64,000 bases of DNA from NCBI GenBank assembly GCA_054600435.1, contig BAAIJX010000023.1:124001-188000 (forward strand), read 5' to 3'. Every line of letters starts with the position of its first letter. The stretch's first letter is position 1. The translations under genes were made by a program, and so were the position numbers. The notes beneath the pieces are model-generated. The model saw only the letters and a program-made list of their open reading frames with translations. It searched no databases and was not told where the DNA came from. Shown here in pieces: positions 33,915 to 46,691 of the stretch. This DNA is from Neophaeotheca triangularis (Eukaryota).

Positions 33915-34726
33915 ATTTATCGCCGGCCGCGAGAATCCAAAGACCTCGGAGATGTTGGCGTGATGCGTGGTTGCTCTCATCACGTCGGCACCTGAGGTTG
34001 CTCCAATGCCTCTGGAAAGAAGATCGACAAACTTAGGTTTCCGCTCCAGGCTGCTCATCATACGGCGGACTTGCGACTGGAAGTCGCTTGGCTGCAACTT
34101 TTTCTTTAGGTACTTGGGACAGGCTTCCTTCAGTCCAGTTTTTGAAATTGCAGAGGTAATGGTCGCAACTCGCGATTCCACGGCTGCGGAGTAAATGTTT
34201 CTCTTGTCACGGGATCCATGTATCACGAATTAGCGAAGAATAATTAACGATATCCACGCTTTGTAAGATTCCACCACGTGAGCGTTAATCATAATTTCTT
34301 ATATACCTGCCATGTATCAAAGCTATCGAACAGCCTCCCAGCCTTAAATTTTCTGCGCAATTGCGATTGCCTACATCTTGGCGCTTATGCCGACGTTTTC
34401 GAAGATGCTTAGGGGCGGCAAACCAGGCCAATGAACAAGCCTTTTCCCATGGTGCGGTACACGGCATTGCCAGCACACCCGCCACATTCTTATGCTCTCT
34501 TGGGTAGCAGTCAGTCACATGGTACCCACCAAATAACCGAGGAAGTATTGCCGGCGAGTTCGTGGGGTGTTGCTAGTGAATGATGGTGCTGCAAATGCGC
34601 CGAAGTCACGTAGCAATTGGATTGATTGAGCGAAGAAGCTGTCCACCCACGTCCTGTGCATGGCTCCTTGGACCGGTCGCCTTTCCTTTGTAGAACTAAG
34701 TACCCTTTGCTATCAATCGGCGAACC

Positions 34727-36381
34727 ATGTCGGGGCAAAATTCCATCGGGGAGCCCACGCGATACAGGGACACTGTCACTGGAAAAGAAGTTTGGTGGTC
34801 GCGGAGTAAACACTCCTACGTGACGGCCGCTCGAGAACGTGTCAAACGGTCGAATGTGCAACAACGGCCTCAGACGCCTTCGACACAGCAGACGGAACCG
34901 GAGACCTCTCAAGAAGAGACAGACGATGAGTACGCCAAACTGCTATCAAAGATCGACACAACCGCAATGGTCTTGGTCTGGCTAACAAACCACTAGAGTG
35001 GATTCTTCCGATGGTCCCGCTCACAAGCTGGAGCAAACAACTTCCAGGGAGACGACGAATTCTCGCGGTACATCGCACTCGGCAAACCCCAGGGAAGCTC
35101 TCACTTCAGCGAATTTGCGGAGATTTAGCTCCATTAGCAGGACCGTGGAAACGACTGGTAGCCATGTAACAAACGCAAGCGGTATGTTGCTCGCTCTGCG
35201 CTCAAATGATGATGCTTTCTATTAAACATGTCAGTCAGGCTTCAAAATATCTACTAAGCCAGAAATCGACTTCAAACCGGGAACGGTAGGTCTTCTCCCA
35301 CCAAAAAATGCGAGCCTCTGGCTGAACATTCCAGGTGATTGCGATTCCAAGACCGAACAGCGAGAATGCAAGCGTCGCTGCTTTCTCTGCGGCCAGCCGT
35401 GGAGGTACCCAGCAAGTCCTGAAAATGAGGCTCGTGGTCTTGAGGACAGATGATCAAGGAACTGCAGAGTTCACTGCATTGTAAGCATGCGACCTTCACG
35501 CATACGTCGCAATTGCTGACAAGTTTCTCAGGTGTATTTCCACTTACAACGGCCAAGGCGTGGGTCTCCATGGAGTGGTAAAAGCCGATCATGTCGTGAT
35601 CTACACTGGAACAAGCGAACCTGATATCCTTCATTCGGAGCGACCACGAAGACTGCAGAACGGATCTATTGAAGGTGCCCTGCGAGAGCCTAGCATACAT
35701 GTACGACAACATCGGCCTGACGTGAAGCTTGACACACTCTCCCGTCTTGACCTCAGATCGGTCTATCGCATGAAGCATTCGACACCTTTCGCTACCATTG
35801 GATATGTGGAAGGAGACTCCCTAGCGGCACTCGTCAATTATCGATGGCAGGTTTCTCAACCACCGCAACTTCCGGCTAAGAACCAACCTCCACCGACGCC
35901 TCCATCCAGATACCGTCAAACTGCGCCCGAAACTTATGGCGTCGGTCAAGCTAGTAGCTCATCAGGGAGGCATCCACCGCATGCTAGTGGCCGCAGACCC
36001 GACGATGAAATTGCGCCAGTGATCGCGGCCTACGAAAGCGCTCGTAGATCGCAGCACGAGTCCATCAATGCTGCTGTACAAAGCTCGTCAAGCCGTGTCC
36101 GCAATGATGCACCAATGGGCGGAAGGTCCGGTTTGACCAACTTCGCCACCGAGCTCGCCACTCTCGTATCGGAGGCACAGCGGCTCAGCGTCAGAGGCCC
36201 GGAGCTAACTCGAGATGAACAAAGAAGACTCGCGGGTGACCGAACAGCTTGGGCTAGTTATGTGCGCAACCTGAAGCGGAACTGGGGAACGGAGCTAGCT
36301 AGTAGGCGAAACAACGAAGAGCAATCGGATGACGAAGAGTCGAGCCAAGGAAGCACGGAGGAGTCTTCGGACAGCGACTAG
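34727..36381 (+). CDS. DUF6590-type domain protein, paralog B (5 exons)
   Basis: Introns 34930-34996, 35182-35238, 35286-35334, 35481-35531 give a continuous ORF: DFKPGTVI..MRLVVLR..FTALCISTYNGQGVG..DHVVIYTG..LDTLSRLDLRSVY..IGYV, with acidic tail. Confidence 0.8.
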
Positions 36382-36674
36382 AAGAAAAGTCGATTGGTGC
36401 TTAACGCCGCTTATACGACCTCAACGGCGGGTGAGCATTAGCACACCGGCCGCAAGGAAATCATTATTATTGGAGTTCTCATGGAGGCTCACGAGGCGAA
36501 GCTACAGAATGCCAAGTTTCAAATAGTATCTAGTCTAAAGCAAACATTCATCTGGGCAGCAACGCATGTGTCACAAGGGAAACCTGCAAACGTGCATAGG
36601 CTTTGGTCATTCTTTGCGGCCTTGCCGCCGTCGCAGAAGCTCAGCTTTCGAGCGGGCCACGTGTTCTAGGTACA

Positions 36675-38164
36675 TCAGCCCGAAAGAGCTAAGTTCTCGG
36701 CATGTCTTCGCAAGAGCCCGCTCGACTCTGGCTCCTCGAGATCTGGCTTGGAAATGGGCGTTGTTGCAGGCGATTCAGCATCGTGTAGCTCTGACGGATC
36801 GCGTTTCCCCATGTTGAAGAGCCATGTTTGTGTGCGAACTTTTGGAGACTCCTTTGCAGCAGATCTAGAAATTTGAGAGTGCATATCGGTGGGCATGCTT
36901 TCCGGCCGTGGAAACTCAGAAAGCCAGGGTCGAAGTTCAGTGACAAGTGGCATACTCGCGACGCCACTGGAAAGCGAGGCACGGCTCCACCTTGGGTCTT
37001 GGGTAGAGATTGCACCTGGAGAAGAAGGAGTCGGGATCGGAATCTCAATGCCTTGCTTCTGGCATAACTTCCCCAGCCTGTCTGTGTCCTGAAGAGCCTT
37101 TTCATAGTCGTTTTCTAGTAACTCCCGAGCCTGCTCGAAATCTTGTTGAAACTGCTCATCCGATATCTCGAGGACCTGGTCTTGATCTTTCGCGAGGTCA
37201 CGCCGCCCGAGCGCCTCCTGATGCTCTTCCACAAATTCCTGCAACCGTTCCAGATATACCGCAATATCACCTTTGCGATCGTAGTACTCAGCCAGCAGAG
37301 GGTGAGTAGTACTTGCAGTCTCATTGTGCTCTGAAGGTGGAAGAATAGCCAGGGGAGGGTCTCGAATGGCCGTGGGTATTTCTTGCACACTGCTGGCAAA
37401 AGTCTCGGCCGAGGCTACGAATTCCTCTTCACGTTTGATGAGGCGGTATTCAAGGGCATTGAACTTGACTTCCAAGCTGCTGAGCACATGTTCTTGGTTC
37501 TGCAAGGCCGTCTGACCGGACTGCGCTTGTTGATAAAGCTGTTCGAGCTCCAGATGTGCTGTGTCTAATCCGACTTGGTCTAAGAGGCTGCGAAACATGC
37601 CTAGTAGCTTGCACGAAGTTTCCCATTGAAGGTTTCTCAGATCAGAATGGTTCTGCCGCTCGTTCTCTAGTTCCACTCGACTCAGCAGAGCTCTATCCCG
37701 AACGCGTTGCATTCGGCGGTGCTTTTTCTTGAGAGACTTTGTTCCCTCCGCTGATTGACGGTCCCATAAGAGCTCATGGTTCGGCGAGTCAATTGCGTGG
37801 TCTGCAATCTTAGAAGGGCTCGCTATTAGCCTAGGCGAGGGACGGCTGTGACTAAGTCCTCCTCCAAGTGATGACTTGTTGTCTCCAAAGTTCACTCTGC
37901 CCACCGACGCATGTTGTGTAGCTACAGAAGACAATAGTTCGTTATCTGGGCGACCAAAACGAGCACCAGTCTCCAGGCTATTTGCTTTCGGACGTAGATA
38001 CGAGTCACACGATAGTGTCCGATCGAGCACCGATCTCGGAATCTCCTTGGTACTGGCACGAGAATCGCTGCAAGACTGTGACCTCCTGGGCAGACGGGCG
38101 GATATCGTTGGCACTGCCTCTGGTCAGCACGTCATAACGCTCCTGCGTTTACCGCACACTTACT
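36675..38164 (-). CDS. Unnamed coiled-coil protein, paralog 1
   Basis: 479-codon ORF. Core PLLAEYYDRKG..EH..RRDLAKDQD..SDEQF..LCQKQGIEI is shared with ORFs at 48238 and 52977. Start probably across intron 38114-38163. Confidence 0.75.
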
Positions 38165-39039
38165 CCCTCACAAGCTACCTAATGGCGGGCCTTTGTTTCG
38201 AGCTTGGTGTTGTGTGAAAGTACGGCACGATTTGCATTCTCACGGGTCACGGGCAGGGCTGTAGCATATGGCTGACCTTGCTTTTGTCGTGAAGATGAGG
38301 GCGCAAAAATCTGGATCACCCCGTCAACAGTCGAAATGAGTATCGGTCAGGGTGGCACGGACCGTTGCAGGCCGCGCGCTGTTGAGTCACCTATGCTGTC
38401 GGCTCCCGTTACGACTGGGAAACGTCCTCTCTCTTTCCATTAAGTGCAAATTTAATTGTTGTATCAGGTTGAGAAGAGGATTGAGCTTTGAAGTAAAATC
38501 AGCTTTAGCCTTTTGGCTCTCGTAGCTACCTGTGCTCCGAAGGCGTCCCAAGGGTAAGTCACTATACCTAGGTACTTCGTGTCGTGTAACCAGTGCCTTG
38601 GTCATGAACCCAATCTAAACATGTACCTAGGTAGCGGTAGCCTCCCGAGGCTGTCTTCTCGCTTCGGGGCAGCAGAGCCTGCTATGCTATGAAGAGGAGC
38701 GAAGTTGTTCTACTCACTGTAGTTGATCTACTTACTGTGCAATATATATATGCTTCTATGTTAGCAAATGTCCACTGTTGCTCGACCTCTTTACAGCTTG
38801 AATGATATGGTAATAACGCCCACAAAATGGACGACGTGGCCTTGCAGGAGGAGGTTTCACAACGTGTATGCAGTACATGTAGTGTCTCGTAGAAAGCTCT
38901 GTTGTAAAGTGCTGTACTGCACATGTGATGATTGGCCATGTATGCCTGAGGCATTAACCAGAAGCTGCATTCTGCCTTTGCAGTAGTAGTAGCTAGTTCT
39001 GTAATCAATCAAGCAAAGTCATCAGAGTTCGTGCTGCCA

Positions 39040-40560
39040 TTACAACAAGCTCTCGGCTTCGGGTGTGGGGGTTTCTAGACGACCACCTAGGCATGGTCCC
39101 AAAACAGTAAGCTAGAAGCGCTAGTGGGAAGTTGAGCGTTCTAAATAGTAGGTAATCGAGCACTCGTTTTAGGCCCCTATGCCCTTTAGCACTTTAACCA
39201 GCCTACTTTGCCACTTGACCCCAAGGGTCCACTTCAAGACGACTACGACTATGGCGTACACCCACTAATATTAGCCTAAGTGATGCGAAACTGAAAGACT
39301 ATTTAAGTAAGGTTAAGGGAAACACATAACATCTATATAGAAGTTACTAGCGGTTAAGCTAACAGCTGCTAATTACAACCTTAGTTCTACGTATCTCTAC
39401 TAGAACTATTCCGTTACTAAGAAGGTTAGCCCCTAGATAATGCCGTAGACGGTAACGAGGTATAGGAGGTAGAAAACATTAGAAGACGAAGAAGGTAAAG
39501 GAAGATACCTTATATCTAGTAAATCAGAAGACCTATAACCCTAGCTAGAACTAGTAGGTACCTAGAAAGGATGTTAAGAATATACGGGAATAGATATATA
39601 AGTTTAAGACATGATCGAGATCCGAGAAATATACGAAGAAGACATAATTGATTATAGAGCTATAGAGGCTCGAGATTAACCCTAAAGGGAACATATCTAC
39701 TAGTAGTAACCCCGAAGGATGTCACGGTTACCCTAAAAAGCTCTAAAACTTGTAAAGATAACGTACCTAAAGAAACTCTAAGAACCCAAAAACTATGCCT
39801 AAATGATATCTCGAAGGATAGCTATAGTAAAAGAAAAGAACCTAGGCGCCTAACATAGAATCTGTAGTAGCTAACGCCTATAAGCTATAGCCCTAAATAG
39901 TCGTACTATGTAATAGTGACCGTAGTAGCTAGTAGTATACATGTACTCGTATACTACTCTACTAGTAACGAGAAAAATTAAAGCCTCGAGGCTCGTCGTT
40001 AAGACTTCTCCTAGCTCCTTTTTCATTTTAGTAAGGACGATTTATATAGTATTCTAAGCTCTAAATAGGGCCCTAAGGTAGCCGACCGACGTTATAAAGG
40101 CGGCTATTCGATAACGCCGCTCATCTCTACATCGCTAAAGCTTATAGCTAGGGGACGGAGCGATAGGGAAAACATTAGTTATAGGCTACAAAAATACAAG
40201 TGGTTCTATACTACTTAGTAACAGCAAGCTCAAACTAAAGGTTTAGGGAGTAAGCACATCGTTAGCCTAATGTAAGTAGTGTGGCATACTAGTAGCGGTA
40301 GCATAAACATTTTCAAGAGCCCTACCTAAAAAGAGTCGTTCTTATAGCGATCTAAGGGCACGGCATGATGGTTTAGGCGAAATTCTGACCATCTAGCGTT
40401 ATAGACCTAAGAAGAGACGCTCATTAGTTTAGAAGCCGAGTCTACAGCTATCGAGTATCGCTTGCCTAAACGTGAAAGCAATTATGCAGCCTTGACGTAG
40501 AAACTCGCGGCTAGCCTGCTCGAGCTGCTAATTACTCTCCCTGACCGGTCTCGTGCGAGT
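39040..40560 (+). mobile_element. RIP-degraded transposon relic including a chromoviral (Ty3/Gypsy) integrase C-terminus and chromodomain
   Basis: AT-rich, TpA/TAG-saturated, no ORFs. 39379-39605 translates P*FYVSLLELF..VDGNEV*EVENIRRRRR and, after a frameshift, YLVNQKTYNPS*N**VPRKDV (cf. HPVFHVSLLEP..WEVE.I..YLVKWKGY..NSW.P). Boundaries approximate. Confidence 0.75.
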
Positions 40561-41072
40561 CCCCCTGGCGTAGCGTCGAGCGATGGTCCGCGATCAGAGC
40601 CCGCACTCTTCTCCGCTGGCTTTGTTACCGGGCTTATGGACACCGGCTATCATGCATGGCCCTTGTCTACCGAGTAGCCCCGAGCGCATAGTATGTCCGT
40701 GGACCCGAACTTTGAGACATCAGAGTCCATGCCACAAGACCTTTCAACCTTTCGTGCTCGGTCGTGGTTACGCTCTGACTTCTCTATAACTTCCGTGGAT
40801 AGACCTACACCAACACTAGCTTCTGTTGCAGGATTTGAGGATGATGCGGTGGCTCCTTAACATTCTTAAAAGGTACTTTTCACTCGGGCAGCCCAGTTTG
40901 CTTTCTTTCAGTCGCAGCCGCTGCTTGCATCATGAAGTAACTTGGTAAAACTCGAAAGGTCTTGGCTCCTCTCGTAGCAGGTATGTCATGTTGACACCCG
41001 CTGCTAATCGTATGAATTATGCCTGAAACTGTCGCTGCTGCATACGTGGACCACCTAAGTCTCGTTGGTGTA

Positions 41073-43992
41073 TCAATCGTCTTCGTCCTCGGAATCCCCT
41101 GATTCCTCGTCACTCGATGCCATCGTCCTGCTCCGACCTTTCGCAGCCAACTCTGCTTGCCAATTGGCCTTCAGGTTCAGCTTGTACTTGGCCCAGGCGT
41201 TCTCGTCGTTGGCCAGTTTGCGATAGTTTTCGGGGCTCAACTGAGGGCCCTTCACGCCGAGCTGCTTCGCCCTCAAAGCAAGGGATGCCATTTCGGTGCT
41301 GAATCTGGTCGCGTGAGAGCCTGGCCCAGCTGTTGGTGTACCACTTTGAGTGTATTGTCCTTGTACGGGCTCTTGAACAGGTGCTTTGCTAAGCTGGCGC
41401 AGTGATCTCTCAGCAATCTCACGGCTCGTGCTAGCCGGCGCATACCCGACCTGCCCAATCGGACTATCGTATTGGCGAACACCACGGTCATCATCATTCC
41501 GAGTGCGTAATGCTGTCGTGCTCGGGTCAGGTAACGGTTGCTGCTCAAAAATGACTCTGCGGTCCTCTACTTTGTGCGATGGCTGTGTCTGCGGCTGCTT
41601 GCGAAGCTGTTGTTCACGTTGTGGCTGCGCAACCGACCAGCGATGCTGGACAAGAGTCGATTTTGAATCATCATCGACTTGTCCCAAGAATTTGACGGGT
41701 ATGTGGTGCTTTACAAGGTAGATCGTTTTCAGTTCCAGCCTGGACATTACGTCCAGCTTGGTGGCACGATCGTGCATGCGCACCCGAATACCAGGAAGGC
41801 GCACCCCGTTCTCAGTGGACCCGCCCTGGAATCGCTGGGGAAACTCAGAGGGCTGAAGCCGTGGCTCATCTTTGGTGGAGTAGATCACGGCGTGATCTGA
41901 TTTTATTACTCCGCTGCTACCCACGCCTTCCCTGCTGTAGGTCCAAATGGCTCTGCGATGGGTCAATAAACGTACAAAGAAAGTAGAACAAAAAATAGGC
42001 TACTTACAAAGCCGTAAACCCTTCTACCCCTTCCTCGCTTTCCCTGAGTACTACAAATTGTCTCTTGGAAGCGTTGTGACTGCTCGCTCGACTGGCGGCA
42101 ACTTCGGAGACGACGGTGAGGCCGGTAGTGCCATCGTTGACCCAAAGGATCTCAAAAACCTGCGCCTGTCAGATTGTGGTAATCCTTACCTAGGCTTTGA
42201 ACTCACTCTTCCTACTCGAAAATCGATGTCTGGCTGCTGAGATCTTCTGTGGTCTAATCAAATGATTAGACATTGTTCATATCGGAGGCTGAGGTCATAG
42301 CATACCGCCCGAAGCAACGACATGGCCACCAACAGTGTCGATGACTCTAGTAGCAGCGATGTGTCTCTGCAAGCTCAATCGTGTGAGTGGTTCCGTAATT
42401 GGCGTTGCCGTGGGAGATGTGCCGGGGCGCTCTGCAGCCTCTGCTTTTAAGTCCGCTGGCCGGCGAAATTCTTCAGGGGGGTCGCTAGAATCGTTTCTTG
42501 CCTGGATGCTTTCTCGAGATGGAAAAAGTCGCTGCTGTGTGCCTAGTGATCCGCCGGAGTCAGGAGAGCGAGTTTGGCGTTGGGGCGCATTCGCCCTTGA
42601 TGAAGTTTGCCTGGACAATTGTAATAGCGTGAGTGACTCCACGAGTTAGAACCCGTGCTGATGATTTTATTTACCTTGACTCGGAGATTTCTGTATTTGC
42701 ATGTCCTGGCGAAGGCCTCCGAATGATCGATCGGATATCTGAGGCGTGGACACGCTTGCCACCAGGGTCGGTCATCCATGATTGCTTAGAATGTGACCAT
42801 CGACAATTCCGCCCAGAGACACTGTCCACAAACCGCCGCGAACCCGGTATTTCTGTACGCCTTGGATAGGCCGACGGCCGCCGTTCAGCTTTCAACCCAC
42901 TGGGTACAGTTGCATCTGTCGACCGCTGAGGAATGGCGTCTTTGCCTGTCGAGTTGAATTCGGACTGATAGCTGGTAAACGATGCTACTGCTAGTTCTTT
43001 GAAATGCGATATCATGTGTCTGACCAGATTCACCGGGACCACAGTACAGCACAAGGGGCATTGTGACCTATCATCTGGTGCCTCTACTTGTACATATTGA
43101 AGGATGCTGGAAATGTCTTCTTCGCTCGACCATGTCGTTTGATGATCCGTCCGCAAATGCTCGGCCAACTTATCCGAAGAAGAAAACGCAATTCCATCAG
43201 ACTCTGGGCAATGCCACGTCTGGCGGTGCGCAGCTGCTTCGTGTTTCAGCCAATGATGCTTGCTCGAGAAGACGACTGCATCACCATGGCATTCGCGGTA
43301 AGTGCAAAAGAAGCTAGCTGTTGTCAGCGAGAATTCGCTTGGTTGATGGCCATGTTAATACCTATACTTCGCTGCGTCATCCGAGCTAATTTTGTTGCGC
43401 GTCATTATCGTCAATAGTATGTCTTCTTCTTCTGCCGGGCTTGATATTTGTCGCCAAAGTTCACGAGAATAGGCGACAGAAGCGACCATGCGTTCCACAA
43501 AGGGCTGAATCGAGGATTGAACTTCCACTCTCAGGGCCTTAGCAGCCAAGTCCGTGACGAAGTCTTCGACCACTTTCTCCTCTTCTTGCGTTGCTCTCGA
43601 GATGTAGTAGCTTGGGGGAGGTCTCTGGGCAAAATTTGGGGCCCAATCCAGGTCGACCAAGTCACAGAGGTTGTTCACCATACATCTGAGCCCGGTCATA
43701 CGATCACTAAATTCGTCTTGGTGAGTCTCTCTTTTCCTGGCTCTTTCTTGCGAATGGCGTGTCAATACATCATCGACTGTCGTCATTGCTGTCAGAAAAA
43801 CATGTTCGATTTATTGAACGGGTGAATCGTTCTGGGCAACGTACTTCCCACAAGGTTTTCATGAACCACTTCGAGACAGAGACGGGAGATCTCACACATT
43901 TCTGGAAGGGACGGCTGCTTCCACTCGTGAAAAAGTCGAAATGTGTCGCGGAAGGCTTTGAGTACACACGATCTTTCGAAAGGCTCCATCAT
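41073..43992 (-). CDS. C2H2 zinc-finger protein fused to a DUF6590-type domain, paralog C (about 7 exons)
   Basis: Introns 43777-43844, ~43314-43361, 42611-42674, 42254-42305, 42160-42206, 41953-42007. Motifs FCTYREC..HWLKHEAAAHRQTWHC..LAEHLRTDH, CPLC..RHMISH, then DFRVGRVFEILW..KRQFVVLR..AIWTYSREGVG..DHAVIYS..LDVMSRLELKTIY..LGQV. Start uncertain (43992 or near 44131). Confidence 0.7.
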
Positions 43993-44623
43993 CGTCGATG
44001 TATACCGTGAAAACGAAGGAAGCGCCCCATGAAAGCGGTCTTCGAGTAGCGAACGAAGTAAGCTTAAGCTGCGTCTCCACGGTCGAAAACCAGCTCTCGC
44101 AAGCGCCTTGCAAGTTATCAACAGTCGCCATCAGAACGCTTCAACATGAGACTGTTGTGTCGTGGAATGATAAGGGCGGGCGATCGTTTACACGGATTCC
44201 CACGGATTATTAATATGGAGAGTGCAAAGGTGGGGTGCCACACCGGTTGTAGCTGTACCCGTAATCACGAGCTGTAAGTACCTCCTCAAACTAGACAGCA
44301 GACAACCATGAGCATCCGAGTGCCATCGGACCTTACTCGGTTCGTACATAGTACGAACTTCGAAGGATGTGGCTGCAGGAAGACTCAGCTCGCTGCAACC
44401 CACCCCCCCCCCCGGTCTCTCGGTTCTAGATTCATTCCTGTACCAGACTGTCAGCTTATATATATGTACATGAGAAGGGTGTGCCAGCCCGCGATGCCCG
44501 CACCCCGGTGTAGAAAGCGACTTGTTCGACCTTTTCGAATTGCTTTTCCCCAACGTGAGCCAATTTCAGTCATTGACAACTACAAGACATGATTTACCCC
44601 AGTTCATCCTTTACCTAGAAGCC

Positions 44624-46362
44624 ATGTCAGGTCTCGAAATTGCCGGTGCAGTCTTGGGCGTGGTTGGGGTTTTGATGCAAACTCTCAACGAGAAAGGCAC
44701 TCTCTCATCGCTAATAAAGGGACCCACGGACTCCGAATGCAAAAGAAAACAATACATGGCCTGCCTCAGTGCACAGCGCCTACGCCTTCGTGCTTCTCTC
44801 GAGAAGGCTTTACGAGCTTTTGCCAACCCTGAAGAGCTCGGGCTTATCTTTGACAAGTCATGGAGCAACGACACTTGCTGGAAGCGATTAGAAAGCAAAG
44901 TGGAAGTCGCAGCTCCGAGACAAGCGGAGGTCGTCAGGAACTTCTTGAATCTCATGAATGTCGCGGTTTTTGACCTTGCTGAAGAGCTCGACATCGATCT
45001 TCAACCTTCTCTGGAAAGTAGCCTTTTCCATGACGTCCAATGAGCACTGCTAACACCGTCCGTACAGGAAGGTCCCGCAGGCCGCCTGAGAAGACAGCGC
45101 TTCGGCCGCAGGATTCGCTTTAATAGCCGTTTAGCGTCGATAGAGAGGTCACTTGATAACATGCGAAACTTTTGCGCCGATGCTTGCTCTGCGTTGGAGC
45201 TACTTGTGGATCTGCGTTCCGACGGGACCCCCGATCTGGCCTTCGAGGCCAGAACAGTCGCCAGTGCGCAGGGTCGAGTTGCTTTATTGGTCGCAGCCGG
45301 CGAAGATCTCTACCAGAAACCGACTTCTCATGACCTGTACATCAAGCTTGGTCATCAATTCGAGGAAACAGGAAGACCAGACCCAGGAAGCCATCAGATT
45401 CAATGCTCGAGGTGGGTGGCAATCTGTTGCTGCTTTTGCATTTCCTTGACTAATCGAGAGAATTATCGGTCGATAGGTCACCAGCTATCGTGGCGAATGG
45501 AGAGGATCCGTACCTACATCCCGTACAATTCGATGTTCTCAGCAATGCGACTCCGAAGGCTTCAAGTGGACGTTCCCCCGCTCCGGCCGCTGTCTGTCCT
45601 CGTCGAACATATGGTGCTTCAGCAATCAATATGGAGCTCACAACCGATGAAGACGGCAAGTACCGAGGTATGTGGTGTACGGACAGCAGAACACAAGTTG
45701 ATCTTGATCTTTGCCGTCATCAACGACAGAAGGTGGAGCTCGCCATGGCGCTGGATGATCAGTCTAAAGAAATGCCGACATCGCAACTCTACGGCTTGTG
45801 CAGAGACATTGCCACTTCAATGCTTATGCTCGGAGCCACTCCTTTGGCTCGCAAGCCGTGGGACCAGTCCAGCATATTCCTCCTGAGACACTACAACTCG
45901 CATTCCATCTCGGTTAGCGACGCTTATCTATCGGGCATTGGCGGGTGGGTATCAAATTTTCCCCCTCACCGTACCACTGTCCACCGCTTGCTAATACTGA
46001 GTAGCGCAAAGCACCACCATGGTCGAGATGAGGCACTTGTCGCACCAGTAGGGAGACCTCCTGAATCCTCACGAGAACGCAGCAGTACTTTCCCACAACT
46101 AGGGATAGTTCTGGCAAAAATCTTGGCCTTCACGACAAGATGTCCGATGCCAGCGCGAGCGACATCGCAAACACTGCAAATTTGCGAGGTGCACAAGTGG
46201 CTGAAAACTCAACAAGATCTGCCATTTGCAGTGAAACAAATCATTGCTCGGTGTCTACAGATGTATGAGTACGAGAACCTCACGGCGATGGAGATGATCG
46301 AGAAATACCTGAACAACATCCTTCGACCGCTGCGCGTGGAAGCTGCAAGGTACGTGAATTGA
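44624..46362 (+). CDS. HeLo-like N-terminal domain plus DUF7580-type C-terminal domain protein (possibly degenerate)
   Basis: MSGLEIAGAVLGVVG N-terminus with helical domain. C-terminal LCRDIATSMLMLGATPL..PW..IFLL..LGIVLAKI..IIARCL..ILRPL. Intron 45411-45476 is clean; the first intron (from 45018) needs a non-proximal acceptor to keep frame. Confidence 0.65.
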
Positions 46363-46691
46363 CGAGTTTCAGATATGGCTTCGATTTTAAGTGGCAAGTG
46401 TGCGAGTCTGGCCGTCCAACATGCTCACGCTGCTCTGCGCTACTGTATCGAAGGGACAATATGGGTCGTGGGTGGAGTAAACTCACCGCAAGATGCTTGT
46501 TCTTGTAACACGGAAAGCGATAGGCATGAAAAGGCAGTTGGAATTAGGCTTCGGATTTTATTATAGAGCTCACAAAAGCCAGTGTTTGTTCTCTAAAGGG
46601 ATTGAGATAGGAGAGGTCTTTACTATAGGCTCAATCAATATTCTTCCGTATCATCGGCTAGCTCCGACGCCAAATATACGAAAGCCCGTAA
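46258..46691 (+). repeat. Direct repeat copy 1 (3' end and 3' flank of the DUF7580-type gene)
   Basis: 46258-46328 matches 49391-49461 (3 mismatches in 71 nt by eye); 46492-46691 aligns with 49470-49670. Confidence 0.9.
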
